Source: a virus
Length of the DNA: 64,000 nucleotides
Virus record (IMG/VR): IMGVR_UViG_3300024346_000007
Direction: 5' to 3' (one strand)
This document shows positions 27,801 to 37,612 of this stretch, in pieces. The position numbers and the translations under genes are program-made. The notes below the pieces were generated by a model. That model did no database searches. It was given only the letters and a program-made list of their open reading frames with translations, and was not told the DNA's origin. The first letter of the stretch is position 1, and every line of letters begins with the position of its first letter.

Positions 27801-29214
27801 TACCGCTAGTAGCACTACCTATGTAGTGGTTTCTACCCGTAGAAAATTGATATGAATCACTAGGCCCACCAACACCAAACGATGGATCAAATATGTGATT
27901 ACTACTGTTGATACCCATATCAACGTAGTTATCAGTTTCAGTTCCTATATCATTTGTAGCTACTATATCAGCAGATGCATATGATCCAGTACCTAAGTTT
28001 ATTATGTTTAACTGTAAATAACTTTCATTTATTATACCCTTTCCTATTATTAAGTTAGAAAAAGAACCTGACGGGCCTACTCCTGTAATTACCAAAGGTT
28101 CTACTAATAATGATTCTGGATTTGATGGGTTATTATCACTAGCGTTAATTCCTACGGTACCGTCTGCAGTTATGTACACACGAGCGTTGGCTACTGCTGA
28201 TCCCGTACCATTAAATATAATAACCCTTTTGCCTTCAGCAGCATTTCCTATCAATAGGTCTTCTGCAATAGAGTATAAATAAGCATCATTTTGACTGCCT
28301 ATTCCATCTTCTATATTATAGCCGTCTCCATTGATACCCATATTAACATAGTAGCTTTCTTCATCACCTATGTTACTGGTTGCTACTATGTCAGAAGATC
28401 CGGTAACTCCAGAATTAATATTTTTTATATTAATCTGGGAGTAATTATTTACATCCCCTTGTGCATATATTAAGTTATATGAACTAGTAGTTGCTGCGAA
28501 TACTCTTAGAGACGATGGATTATCATAATCTATAGTATCTGTATTAAATCCTATGGTACCCTGTTCGTGTATAAACACTCTAGCGTTAACAAAGGCATCA
28601 AAGCCTCCGTTAAATATTATTACCCTTTTACCAGCAGAAGCATTACCTAGATATAGATCATTACCAGTAGAGTACATATATGCATCTCCTGCAGAACCTA
28701 CGAAGTCTGGGGATGTGTATCCGCTACTGTTGATACCCATGTCAATATATCTGACAGTCTCGTTCCCATTATCTGCAGTAGCTACTATGTCAGAAGAAGC
28801 AAAAGCCCCTGCACTGTAGTTTTGTACATTTACTTGTACATAGTTATTAAGCCTACCATGTGCAGATATAAGATTGTAAGTATTTACACCATCTCCGTTT
28901 ACAAATAGTATATCTGGATTTGTTGGATTTACAGGAACTGTAGTTTTCCTTATAGATGTAAAAGATCCAGATTGGTATATTGAACTGGTTACTATATTAT
29001 TAGGACCTGAGAATACAGGTATATGGTATATAGATCCGGAAACATTTGCAGAATTGGCCCCTATTTCTATTACACTATCTCCTCCGCTACCGCTAACCTT
29101 CATAAACAGCTTACCATCAGCTGTGTTCATTGCTACTTCACCAAATTCTATTTGGGATATAGTAGGCTTAGCGCCAGATATAGCGCTCCTTCGGAGTTTG
29201 AGTATTTGGGCCAT
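24811..29214 (-). CDS. Tail fibre protein (1467 aa) with a Gly-Ser/Thr tract
   Basis: Fibre-type N-terminus ILKLRRS...KPT...GEVAMNTADGKLF, three DIVAT..IDMGIN repeats, GNIGIGTT repeats and a GSS/GTS tract. Confidence 0.8.
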   Translation of the reverse strand: MAQILKLRRSAISGAKPTISQIEFGEVAMNTADGKLFMKVSGSGGDSVIEIGANSANVSGSIYHIPVFSGPNNIVTSSIYQSGSFTSIRKTTVPVNPTNPDILFVNGDGVNTYNLISAHGRLNNYVQVNVQNYSAGAFASSDIVATADNGNETVRYIDMGINSSGYTSPDFVGSAGDAYMYSTGNDLYLGNASAGKRVIIFNGGFDAFVNARVFIHEQGTIGFNTDTIDYDNPSSLRVFAATTSSYNLIYAQGDVNNYSQINIKNINSGVTGSSDIVATSNIGDEESYYVNMGINGDGYNIEDGIGSQNDAYLYSIAEDLLIGNAAEGKRVIIFNGTGSAVANARVYITADGTVGINASDNNPSNPESLLVEPLVITGVGPSGSFSNLIIGKGIINESYLQLNIINLGTGSYASADIVATNDIGTETDNYVDMGINSSNHIFDPSFGVGGPSDSYQFSTGRNHYIGSATSGSLIFWTREDFDGELGAKLTLRPNDVHSLTGSLSATNGFTGSLQGTSSWAENALTASYITASNVYGPYGQNSVISASHAVTASSADNFLVRGTLTAQTIVVQTITSSVEFVTGSTHFGTIIQNTHEFTGSLSISGSLVINGTSYTAATSGTSGTSGTAGSSGTSGTSGSSGSTGTSGSSGTSGSSGSTGTSGSSGSSGSSGTSGSSGSTGTSGSSGSTGTSGSSGTSGSSGSAGTSGTSGSSGSTGTSGSSGTSGTSGSSGSTGTSGSSGSSGTSGSSGSTGTSGSSGSSGSTGTSGSAGSSGTSGSSGTSGSAGSSGTSGSSGSTGTSGSSGTSGSAGSSGTSGTSGSSGTGFNTISNAAIGRVLISDGTLNAATASAILTVNNGAVSMSGSAFITGSLTVSNTITAQTLIVQTITSSVEFVTGSTHFGSIISNTHEFTGSVTISGSLSVNNSSVVLSNQTGSMSVATASNVLGGATNYIPLWSGATSLSSSVMYQSSSNIGIGTTTPNALLNIVSTSGDAFIFKGSGGKEFISINHLGYLKSRASDTNGANMHFLDNAGAKRMEMAVDTTSMNWYSDALASFFLTFQHSTGNIGIGTTNPSSKLEVVQSGSIPGITVKDGTNPQIQTTNGTVIAKLQIAASALIGTETNHDFTIYTNNTEKVRITSTGNLGLGVTPSAWDNGQKVYQSGLGSFYGLPDGGATILVNNGYYNSGWKYSSNGSAGNYQIVQNAHQWLTAPIGTIGNAITFTQAMTLTANNRLLINQTGDTGEQLQVNGTGRFSGGLTLNRAAGGDANGIILQTSGTSNWYVGSSAIGSNTDLQFYNHSAAAVVLNIANTTGAATFSSSVTAASFTGSLFGTASWAENAITSSYSLNAISASYAATASYANSSFDIGIAEFNSTSSTTAAGTTAVSIIPTGSFKSAFYNYYIMSASNARSGQIMSIWSGSTVRYTEVTTTDIGNTSLVYMSVGLSNGNVLLNASSSGGWTVKALANLL
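26750..27362 (-). repeat. Coding (GSS/GTS/GST)n repeat tract
   Basis: Gly every third residue; boundaries approximate. Confidence 0.9.
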
Positions 29215-29278
29215 ATGTATGAGTCTCTAAGTGTATTTACACGCAGCTTTCGCTGGCCTATATAGGCGTATATAAATA
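29212..29278 (-). promoter_or_regulatory. Late motif plus structured 5' leader with tandem hairpins
   Basis: TATTTATA followed by GCC-TATATA-GGC, CAGC-GAAA-GCTG, GTG-TAAATA-CAC and CA-TACATA-TG, the last overlapping the ATG. Confidence 0.55.
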
Positions 29279-29308
29279 TGAATAAAAACTCTATATTTCA
29301 GGATAGAC

Positions 29309-31390
29309 CTACAGTAGATTGGATATTTTTGAGATTACATCCTCTGCAGTGATTGTTTTGGTGCATTCGAACTGCCGATCTGTTCCTTTATGCTTAGGAC
29401 ACCAGTTCCAATCTCCTGGATCTAGCTTCTCTTTATTAAAACAGAATCTACAAACAGACTCTTTTGGTGATATCCTTACTGTTGGAGTAAAATCTGACTC
29501 AGGCTTGGTTATCCCTGATATTAGACATGTGTTAGTTCCTAAAGCCCAAGCCAACCAGCTTAGTCCGCTACTTATTCCAATGAACATTTCTGATGTTAAT
29601 ACCTCACTTATTACTGATTCTAAGCTGCTATCTAGTAGATGTGTCACTCCTTTAGGATATTTATTTCCCATGTAGCCATCTTCTTCTTTAGATACCATTA
29701 CAACCTCATACTTGTTCTCCAGTAGGTAGTCTACTAACTTCTGCCACCCCGTCTCATTGTTCCAATACTTACATTGTGCTGTAGAATGCATAGCAATAGT
29801 AACTTTTCTTTCTTTTGATCCTATTTTAGGTAGCTTTATCTTTGGCTTTACCTCTTTAAACTCTAATCCCAATATATCTGAGGCTGTCTTTTGTAGTGAT
29901 TGGTCTCTAAAGTTTTCAGGAACCTTTCTAAAATCAAAAGACCCGTCTGGGGTGTAGAACCAGCCTAAAGTATACATGGCATATATATTATTCACCACTT
30001 CCCCAGGTTTAACAAACTCAATCTCTGGATACTCTGGCTTGAAGAAATGATTCCAAAAAGTAGAACAAACTACCTTACAGTTGTGTTTTTTTCTAAACTC
30101 TTCTACATATGGAAACCAAGCTAGAGTATCACCTAGTGCTTTTGAGTCTAAAGCTATATACACTCTCTTACCGGTATAGTCTGGCTTAAACTCATATGAA
30201 CTTAGGCCATCGTCTACAAATATACTCCAATCTACAAAATATGAGATTGATGCCTTTACCCAATGATCCTTTTTTATATTGGATTTATGGACTATTTGTC
30301 CAGTTTTTTTGTTTATAAACTGGACATTGTACTCCCTGTCGGGTCCTCCTAATATCTCAAAAAAAGCACCATCTATAAAATTCATATTGAACACAGGACT
30401 AAGAGGCTTAGATTTTACTCCTATAATTTTAGTATTATTGTAGCTATCTATTAATTGTTTTTTAAAACTCATTGTGTAATGTTTTAACAGTTCTTTTGTT
30501 CTATTTTCCCATGATAGATCTTTAGCTTGCATTCTTGCAGTATTTGAATAATACAAATACCTAGTGGGGTTGGCAAATACTTCCTCTATTGCTTTAACTG
30601 TTTGGTCTACATCTCTACCCACCACTATCATACCATCCAGACTATTACCATCTTCATACGTACCCACTACTGGCAAACCTGATGCCATTGCCTCCAGTAG
30701 AGTTAGATTCGGGTGTCCAGCTTCTAAAGTGGATAAGTGTAAGAAGCAACTATGCTCTTTATATAAGTCTTTCAATTGATCCTCTGTTAGATCATATAGA
30801 ATTGTTAGCTTCTCATAGTCAGAAGGGTATTTTTCAAAGTATCTCTTGTTGTTACTGGGCCCAGCTATGGTTATAGGTAGGTTTAACCTCTTAGCAGCTT
30901 CTATGGCATACCCAAAACCCTTCCTATCCTCCGCTTGATCGTGTATAAACCCATTATTTGCTACGCATAATAGCTTTGGTTCGCTAGTTCCACTAGGAGT
31001 GAAGTAGTCTATGTTTACTCCATGAGAAAAATACTCCGGTATGTTTCCAAAATAACCGACCAAGAATTTAGCGGGGACGAATGCTTTTTTGGCATTTTTG
31101 ATTGCAAGCATGTTTTCTTTGAACACTGCTGAATCTTTCCCATATAGATACGCATGGTGGTCATGCATTGTAAAGTAATATGGAATACCTCTCTCATGTG
31201 CAATGTTTGCTAGATTAGCAACATGAATATGCACCACATCACAGTCTTTTACATCATCTAAGTATTCTATTGTAGAATTATGCCCTAGTTTTAACAAGGC
31301 ATTATGAGTTTCCCATATTATTTTTTCCACAGCTCCCCAACCATTAGGAGGGATTGGTATTAATCCTGGAGTGACGTTTATTATCTTCAT
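29309..31390 (-). CDS. GT4-like glycosyltransferase fused to an Aah/TibC (BAHT)-family protein O-heptosyltransferase domain
   Basis: N-terminal IPPNGWGAVE...LTLLEAMASGLPVV (GT4). C-terminal LGDTLAWFPY, HSTAQCKYWNN..GW, FIGISSGLSWLAWA and the four-Cys motif CRFCFN...WCPKHKGTDRQFECTKTI. Confidence 0.85.
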   Translation of the reverse strand: MKIINVTPGLIPIPPNGWGAVEKIIWETHNALLKLGHNSTIEYLDDVKDCDVVHIHVANLANIAHERGIPYYFTMHDHHAYLYGKDSAVFKENMLAIKNAKKAFVPAKFLVGYFGNIPEYFSHGVNIDYFTPSGTSEPKLLCVANNGFIHDQAEDRKGFGYAIEAAKRLNLPITIAGPSNNKRYFEKYPSDYEKLTILYDLTEDQLKDLYKEHSCFLHLSTLEAGHPNLTLLEAMASGLPVVGTYEDGNSLDGMIVVGRDVDQTVKAIEEVFANPTRYLYYSNTARMQAKDLSWENRTKELLKHYTMSFKKQLIDSYNNTKIIGVKSKPLSPVFNMNFIDGAFFEILGGPDREYNVQFINKKTGQIVHKSNIKKDHWVKASISYFVDWSIFVDDGLSSYEFKPDYTGKRVYIALDSKALGDTLAWFPYVEEFRKKHNCKVVCSTFWNHFFKPEYPEIEFVKPGEVVNNIYAMYTLGWFYTPDGSFDFRKVPENFRDQSLQKTASDILGLEFKEVKPKIKLPKIGSKERKVTIAMHSTAQCKYWNNETGWQKLVDYLLENKYEVVMVSKEEDGYMGNKYPKGVTHLLDSSLESVISEVLTSEMFIGISSGLSWLAWALGTNTCLISGITKPESDFTPTVRISPKESVCRFCFNKEKLDPGDWNWCPKHKGTDRQFECTKTITAEDVISKISNLL

Positions 31391-32310
31391 CTTTTCTTAG
31401 CGTATATAAATCCTACAGTATCTTCTTTGGTAGAGTTTCTGTACTCAACAAAGTAATTATTGTTTATTAGAGTGCTTTCTATATCTTTTGGATTATTATG
31501 AAACTCTATAAACATTTGATCTATTTTATCAAATTCATTTGCTGTTAACTTTTCTATTACATCAAACTCAGCCCCTTCTATATCTAATTTTAACAGATTT
31601 ATTCTATTTTCTATTTTAAGTATACTATTAATTGTCACAGACTCCACCAATACAGATTGTTTATTTTCATAGTTTGTATACTTGCTTATAGCACTTCCTA
31701 CTGATGCGCCTATGCATATATCAAAACTTACAGGCTGTTCTGTATCGTTTAATACTTTGTTTAAGAGTATGATTCCGGGATCAAAACCATAGTTTTTTTC
31801 TAAATAAAAAAAAGGCATTGGATCAGGTTCTATGCTGTAAATTCTTTTTGATCCATGTTTTTTGCAATATAAAGTAAAGAATCCTACATTAGCTCCAGCA
31901 TCTATAACCGTTCCAGAAGTATCTATGTTCTTACACAGATCTCCATAAAAAAAATCTACGTAAGAAGGGCCAGTAACATCAAATTCTGGAGTTGCGTACA
32001 TTGTGCCTGTTTCGTAAACACTGTCGTTTACTAGTATCTTCTCTACTTGTAAGAGTCTGTTTTCTTCATTATACAGTTTTACATTAAAGCCGTAAAAACT
32101 TTTACTGTTTATTATAGTGTCATTTATCTTTTCATTAAAAGGAACTACCCACCCATCAAATGATTTGTTTAATTGTACATCCCATATAAAATAAACACAG
32201 TCTATGAGTAAGTCTGAGATTACTATTTTCCCTTTAATTTCAGTTTCTTGTAGATACTTTACAAGAATTGTAAAAGTTTCTTTTTTAAAATTGACATTTA
32301 AGAACTTCAC
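31387..32310 (-). CDS. FkbM-family methyltransferase
   Basis: VIDAGANVGFF, IYSIEPD, LLKLDIEGAEFDV, MFIEFH. Confidence 0.85.
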   Translation of the reverse strand: MKFLNVNFKKETFTILVKYLQETEIKGKIVISDLLIDCVYFIWDVQLNKSFDGWVVPFNEKINDTIINSKSFYGFNVKLYNEENRLLQVEKILVNDSVYETGTMYATPEFDVTGPSYVDFFYGDLCKNIDTSGTVIDAGANVGFFTLYCKKHGSKRIYSIEPDPMPFFYLEKNYGFDPGIILLNKVLNDTEQPVSFDICIGASVGSAISKYTNYENKQSVLVESVTINSILKIENRINLLKLDIEGAEFDVIEKLTANEFDKIDQMFIEFHNNPKDIESTLINNNYFVEYRNSTKEDTVGFIYAKKR

Positions 32311-33137
32311 TTGGATTGTAAATTTAAAATATAGTTTGTTGCTTCTTCCATTTGATCCTTTTCTTTAAACCCATGATATAATAAAATATCTTTGGAGTCA
32401 TGTATATATTCCCAATCGGATCCAAACGCATCGTAGTTATTTCCTCCGTGTTGATTGGTCACTTTGTACTCTTCTACCTTTTTTACAGTCTCTAATCTAT
32501 GAGTATTTACAAAAGCGAACCCAAGATTATTAGTAGCCCCTCTTTTCCAGAGACATATATTAAAAGAGGTCTCGTCTGCATAAGGGTAATATAAGGCTTG
32601 TCTATCTAAGAGATACTTGTTATTACAAAAAGAGGTATATTCTTCAAAAAAATCTCTACAACTTTCATTAAAAGAATAGAAACAAGACCATAGATATCTT
32701 TGGCTTCTTTGTTGAACGTTACAATAATTCATCAAAGCTTTTTCATCGTATATAATTTTACCTCCAGGGCCATCCCACCACATAAAAGGGTATTCAAATG
32801 GACCATACGATGCTAAAGGGTAGTTATTTGAATGGGATACTTTATTAAATTCAAAGTTAGATGAAAATAAAACATCAGTATCTGTAAAAGCATACTCTTG
32901 ATTTGGAAAAAGATCCATAGTATAGAGAGAAAGTTCTGCCTTATAATAATGAAATCTTGGGTATGTAGGATTTACAGGTATCTGTATTTTATATAATTTT
33001 TTAAAATTAAAATCACTTTTGAACCCTACAGTATAGTATACAATTTGATCATTATCTCCTAACTTATTTGTTAAAGATTTAATGCAACATATCGCTTGAT
33101 GTTCACACCCTTTATCACTGTATAGTATTAGTATCAT
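32307..33137 (-). CDS. Putative GT-A nucleotide-diphospho-sugar transferase
   Basis: YYKAEL...FTDTDVLF (DxD)...ADETSFNICLW...LYHGFK. Likely start ATG 33137, 1 nt after the upstream stop. Confidence 0.6.
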   Translation of the reverse strand: MILILYSDKGCEHQAICCIKSLTNKLGDNDQIVYYTVGFKSDFNFKKLYKIQIPVNPTYPRFHYYKAELSLYTMDLFPNQEYAFTDTDVLFSSNFEFNKVSHSNNYPLASYGPFEYPFMWWDGPGGKIIYDEKALMNYCNVQQRSQRYLWSCFYSFNESCRDFFEEYTSFCNNKYLLDRQALYYPYADETSFNICLWKRGATNNLGFAFVNTHRLETVKKVEEYKVTNQHGGNNYDAFGSDWEYIHDSKDILLYHGFKEKDQMEEATNYILNLQSK

Positions 33138-33138
33138 A

Positions 33139-35700
33139 TTAATATGGTTTAAAAGTATACCACTGTTTCCAGTAAGGTTCATTTTTAGTTTCGTATAAAC
33201 TAAGATTGTTTTTGTTTATAAACTCGTTCACTGCTTTTCTAACTCCAAACTTTCCTGCATACTCTTGCTTGTCTCCTAATACCAACCAAATATCTCCATC
33301 ATCTGGTATATAATCATCTCCACAAAACAATCCACCTTTCTTTATCTTAGGCCACCAAGCCTTTAAATCTCTAACAACCCCTTCGTAAGAATGATCAGCA
33401 TCTATGTATATGAAATCAAAATGCTCATCTGGGAATAAGCTAGCTGCTTGCACGCTATCCATTCTTAGTATATGCGCTCTTTCTTGCCAAGGTTTTACAG
33501 ATTCACATGTTTTTACCAAACAATCATAATGATATGCATCATCTTGGCCATTCATGTCTATATAATCACTTAGATGTCTCCATGTATCAACCATGTATAG
33601 AGTACCCTTATGCCATCTTTCCAATATTAACTTTGAGTAGTCTCCTCTCAAAACACCAATTTCAACTCCCTTTCCTTCAGGAAATAAGTTGTTTACTATT
33701 ACTGCCAAATCTCTTTTATCTGGAGCTGGGGTTTTATCTAGGTAGTCTTTAAGTTTTATATTATCTAATGATTGTTTTACTTTTTCTTTTGTTGCAAATA
33801 TGAAGCCTCCTATAGAGTGCATATTTCTTACTGTCAGATTATACCCTGCTTTTTCTAATGTGTTTATCAGATTTTTAACGTCTACATCGTATGATTTTCC
33901 TGCTATTAGATGATATTCTACTAAGATATTATCTACTTTTTTAAAATCTTCTTCATCTAGAGAAGAGAATAAATCATATTCTCCAGTTTCAATATCGACT
34001 TTTAATAGATTTATTTTTTCTAAGTTGTATTCTTTTAGAAAAGTTTTAAGAGTTATAGATGATACAGTATAGGAGTTGTTTAAGTTTCCGTATTTAGCGG
34101 CTGAGGATATAGTTGAATTTTCTTCATCTACAAAAAACTCAAGATCTCCATCTATGTTTGACATAGCTTTGCTAATTATCTGTACTTCTGGTGAGTTTCC
34201 ATATGTATCGTTTAGAACTTTTAATGCTTTTAAATTTGGTTCTAAAGCATATATTTTTTTATAATTTGATACGCTTTTTACGTACTCTATCCAAATTCCT
34301 ATGTTGGCTCCTACGTCTACTATAGTATCAAAGTTCTTTTCTTTTAAATAATTGTCATATATTTTATCTATAAAAAATTCTACGTAATTTATATAGGTGG
34401 GTTCCTCTATGTTTTTAATTATCAACTTAGGTTTATCTACAAAGATTTCCTTTATTCTTATACTTTTACTAAATATAAGCGCACCTTTTTGATAGAACTC
34501 TACTAAAAGTCCTCCAAAAGTAGGATCCTTTTCAAAATCTAAATAACTTTTTGGAGAAGGTATAATCCAATACTCCATATCTTTATAAAAAAAATCATAT
34601 TTAGCAGCCCATATTACAGCATGGGAGTCTATATCTTTTATTGAAACTATAATACCTTCATAGGTTTCCTCAGATTTTAAATACACTTTATTATCTGCAC
34701 TATCATAATTTACATAGAAAGAAGCCATAGTATTTATTTTTAATGATTTTAATATGCCATTAATATTACTTTCCTTACTTTTAAAATCTAAGTATTTAAT
34801 ACTATCAAAGGTATCAAAATAATTCAAATATACATCAAGATTATAGATAAAAGATGGTATTTTCCAACTGATAGCTTCTCTTATTACTAGCGGCATGGTC
34901 TCTTTATCAGTGGCAAATCCCCTAGACGTGAACAGAAATAAATCAGCAGCCTCATAAAACTTATCAACATCACTTCTTTCTCCCCACCACTTGCAGTTTG
35001 GAGGAAAATTCTTCATTAAAGGCTCCCAATACGGTTTAAAATTGTCCGCCTGATTCCCAATAAAGTGAAATTGAATAGGGTAGTTTTCAAGCATCCTAGC
35101 ATATTCTATGACCTCTGCTTGATTCTTTCTAGGAGTGAATAGGCCCACCGTAATAACATGCTTTTTATTTGGATTTAACCCTAATTCAATCAATAGATCT
35201 TCCCTAGTTTTGGTCCTGGTTTTGTATTCTATAGGATATTCTACTAGTTCACATGGTATGTTAATAGCCTTGTATGCCTCTACTTGATACTGGCTAACCA
35301 TCATGAACTTATCTGGGAAGTGTTTTTTATTTTTAACCTCGTAACTAGAGTCGTGAGATGTCTCAATTATTCTATAAGTACGATCACCTGCATATAGTTT
35401 TTCAGCTATTTCATATCCCATAAACATCTCTGGGATCTCCTGAAGATGTATCAGATCAGGCTTTATGGTATTGATATGCGAGAACAACTTAGTCTTATCC
35501 TCACCTAAGGTTATCAACTTATCTCCTAATACCTCTAGGATTCTATTACGCTGTACTACAAGGACTCCGCCTGTTACGTTATCCCATTCGATACAATATA
35601 CGTCAAAGTCCTCTAAAACGGCTGTAATCTGTTTATAGAGGTATTGTGGCATCCCTCCGGTAGAGAGATGTGGAGCTATAAATAATAACTTTTGTTTCAT
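33139..35700 (-). CDS. Multidomain GT4 glycosyltransferase + FkbM methyltransferase + Methyltransf_24-like domain
   Basis: APHLSTGGMPQY, VGLFTPRKNQ, ETMPLVIREA; IVDVGANIG, LKVDIETGE; GVEIGVLRG, FIYIDADHSYE, GGLFCGDDY. Confidence 0.85.
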   Translation of the reverse strand: MKQKLLFIAPHLSTGGMPQYLYKQITAVLEDFDVYCIEWDNVTGGVLVVQRNRILEVLGDKLITLGEDKTKLFSHINTIKPDLIHLQEIPEMFMGYEIAEKLYAGDRTYRIIETSHDSSYEVKNKKHFPDKFMMVSQYQVEAYKAINIPCELVEYPIEYKTRTKTREDLLIELGLNPNKKHVITVGLFTPRKNQAEVIEYARMLENYPIQFHFIGNQADNFKPYWEPLMKNFPPNCKWWGERSDVDKFYEAADLFLFTSRGFATDKETMPLVIREAISWKIPSFIYNLDVYLNYFDTFDSIKYLDFKSKESNINGILKSLKINTMASFYVNYDSADNKVYLKSEETYEGIIVSIKDIDSHAVIWAAKYDFFYKDMEYWIIPSPKSYLDFEKDPTFGGLLVEFYQKGALIFSKSIRIKEIFVDKPKLIIKNIEEPTYINYVEFFIDKIYDNYLKEKNFDTIVDVGANIGIWIEYVKSVSNYKKIYALEPNLKALKVLNDTYGNSPEVQIISKAMSNIDGDLEFFVDEENSTISSAAKYGNLNNSYTVSSITLKTFLKEYNLEKINLLKVDIETGEYDLFSSLDEEDFKKVDNILVEYHLIAGKSYDVDVKNLINTLEKAGYNLTVRNMHSIGGFIFATKEKVKQSLDNIKLKDYLDKTPAPDKRDLAVIVNNLFPEGKGVEIGVLRGDYSKLILERWHKGTLYMVDTWRHLSDYIDMNGQDDAYHYDCLVKTCESVKPWQERAHILRMDSVQAASLFPDEHFDFIYIDADHSYEGVVRDLKAWWPKIKKGGLFCGDDYIPDDGDIWLVLGDKQEYAGKFGVRKAVNEFINKNNLSLYETKNEPYWKQWYTFKPY

Positions 35701-35718
35701 TAAAACCTATTTTAAGTG

Positions 35719-35726
35719 CAAAGATA
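35719..35726 (-). promoter_or_regulatory. Bacteroidetes -7 promoter element TATCTTTG
   Basis: TATCTTTGCAC 18 nt upstream of ATG 35700. No clear -33 element and no late motif in this gap. Confidence 0.6.
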
Positions 35727-35743
35727 TGTAATTTATTTTATTA

Positions 35744-37075
35744 TTAACATAGACCGCTTCCACAAGTTAAAGCTCTATTAGTATTAGCATTAATAGTAAC
35801 AGAAGAAACGCAACTAGATCCAACACTAGCAGGACATGTAGCAGTAGTAGAGACACCGGTAGCGTACACAATAGTTTCGTCTGCCCCATCTGCAATACAG
35901 TAGTATATTGTAGTTCCCGGAGTAACCGTAGCTGTGTATTTAACAGTACAAGTAGATGTTAATCCTGATCCTCTTCTAGTCCAAGTACCGGCGTTTCCAG
36001 TTGGAGAAGTCCATATAGCCACAGCATCTAGTGGCGGATCTGTTGAAACAAATTTACCATATATGTTAATTGTGTATGTTAGTATTGTTGGCGTAGGGGT
36101 AGGAGTAGGGGTAGCTGTTGGTGTAGGTGTAGCAGTAGCTGGTAAAGGAGTAGGTGTAGGAGTAGGGGTAGCTGTTGCTGGTAAAGGTGTTGGTGTAGGA
36201 GTTGAAGCAGCACATATTGTAAGGTTTTGAACACCAACATTAGTAGTATATGTAAAGCCATATCTATTACCTCCAGCAAAGATAGTAAACCATCCACCTC
36301 CAGAAGTAAATTGTGTTGCTCTAGTAACATCGGTATACAGTATAGATCCATTTACAAAACTACTACCAGCAGTATAAACATTTTTAGGGAATGGTATAGA
36401 CTCAGCATAGAAACAAGCTGTTCCAAAATCACTCCATCCATTCCAAGTTCCAGTTCCATTATATCCAATGGTCCAAAGAACAGAGGCTACAGTAGGAGTA
36501 GGAGTAGGAGTAGCTGTTGCTGGTAAAGGAGTAGGAGTAGGTGTAGGTGTAGCAGTAGCTGGTAAAGGAGTAGGAGTAGGAGTAGCTGTTGCTGGTAAAG
36601 GAGTAGGAGTAGCTGTAGCTGGTAGTGGAGTAGGTGTAGCTGTAGCTGGTAAAGGAGTAGGTGTAGGCGTAGCAGTAGCTGGTAGTGGAGTAGGTGTAGG
36701 AGTAGGAGTAGCAGTAGCTGGTAGTGGTGTAGGCGTAGGCGTAGCTGTTGCTGGTAGTGGAGTAGGAGTAGCTGTTGCTGGTAAAGGAGTAGGAGTAGGT
36801 GTAGGTGTAGCAGTAGCTGGTAAAGGAGTAGGAGTAGCTGTTGCTGGTAGTGGAGTAGGTGTAGGCGTTGTTGGACAAACACAAGTATGACAATACCCGT
36901 ACCATTCACTGATAGCGTCTGGGTTAGTAGATACTGGCAAATATGGGCTGCATATATTCAGGGTGACATATCCACCATTAGTAGCAGTATCCAAAGAAAA
37001 TGGAGATTGCGCAGGTATTCCGAGTTCTACTCGTATATCATTCATCGACAATGTTCCACTTAATGGTAGTGCCAT
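35744..37075 (-). CDS. Pro/Thr-rich mucin-like virion protein
   Basis: N-terminus [19 protein letters not shown], two (TPTPLPATA)n tracts and Cys-containing globular segments. Confidence 0.75.
   Translation of the reverse strand: MALPLSGTLSMNDIRVELGIPAQSPFSLDTATNGGYVTLNICSPYLPVSTNPDAISEWYGYCHTCVCPTTPTPTPLPATATPTPLPATATPTPTPTPLPATATPTPLPATATPTPTPLPATATPTPTPTPLPATATPTPTPLPATATPTPLPATATPTPLPATATPTPTPLPATATPTPTPTPLPATATPTPTPTVASVLWTIGYNGTGTWNGWSDFGTACFYAESIPFPKNVYTAGSSFVNGSILYTDVTRATQFTSGGGWFTIFAGGNRYGFTYTTNVGVQNLTICAASTPTPTPLPATATPTPTPTPLPATATPTPTATPTPTPTPTILTYTINIYGKFVSTDPPLDAVAIWTSPTGNAGTWTRRGSGLTSTCTVKYTATVTPGTTIYYCIADGADETIVYATGVSTTATCPASVGSSCVSSVTINANTNRALTCGSGLC
36490..36870 (-). repeat. 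Tandem TP/LPATA coding repeats
   Basis: Recurring plus-strand GTAGGAGTAGG/GTAGCTGTTGCTGGTAAAGG units; a second shorter tract lies at about 36090-36200. Confidence 0.9.
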
Positions 37076-37084
37076 ACTTTTTAC

Positions 37085-37261
37085 TTATATAGCCTCTGTT
37101 TTGTACTTTCTTTCTGTAGGATCTGCTGCTTCTAATTCAGCTGCTTTAGCTATTGCTTCTTGATCAGTATCGTATACATACTCTGGGTCTTCTGGGGTCA
37201 ATCTTGACACCCATATTTGATCTAGACCTGGTATAAACTGCATTATTACTTGATATCTCAT
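37085..37261 (-). CDS. Small hypothetical protein (58 aa, below the ORF-track cutoff)
   Basis: MRYQVIMQFIPGLDQIWVSRLTPEDPEYVYDTDQEAIAKAAELEAADPTERKYKTEAI fills the gap between neighbouring genes. Confidence 0.65.
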   Translation of the reverse strand: MRYQVIMQFIPGLDQIWVSRLTPEDPEYVYDTDQEAIAKAAELEAADPTERKYKTEAI

Positions 37262-37273
37262 AGTTTTATGTTT

Positions 37274-37612
37274 TTAAAGTTCGATTATAGGGGATGTCCA
37301 GGCCTCTGTGCTTAGTAGAGTTAGGATGTCTTCGTGGTTATATTCTTGGTAACTAGAGGAGTATATGGATGGTCTACCGTATATTCCAGCTTGTACTGTA
37401 TAGCTTCCAGTTTGGCCAGTTTCAGCATTATAATATGATTGAGTATAGCTTGCTGTTATTTCGTTTATCTCATACTTTACAAAGGTTTGTGTAGTATCTA
37501 TGCTATATCTAAGGCTTTCAGGGGAATATTCTATTACTTGGTTATAGTCAATAGATCCCGTAATTGTTGTCGGTATTACTAGCCATCTTCTATTTGGGAA
37601 TACTTCACTCAT
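37274..37612 (-). CDS. Small virion-associated protein, paralog of 20872-21132
   Basis: Shared motifs TFVK and WTSPI; follows a LamG cluster as its paralog does. Confidence 0.7.
   Translation of the reverse strand: MSEVFPNRRWLVIPTTITGSIDYNQVIEYSPESLRYSIDTTQTFVKYEINEITASYTQSYYNAETGQTGSYTVQAGIYGRPSIYSSSYQEYNHEDILTLLSTEAWTSPIIEL

Noticed and set aside
35934-36909. GV-, SY- and LQ-rich ORFs over the TP repeats
   Set aside because: Antisense and alternative-frame shadows of the TP-repeat gene.
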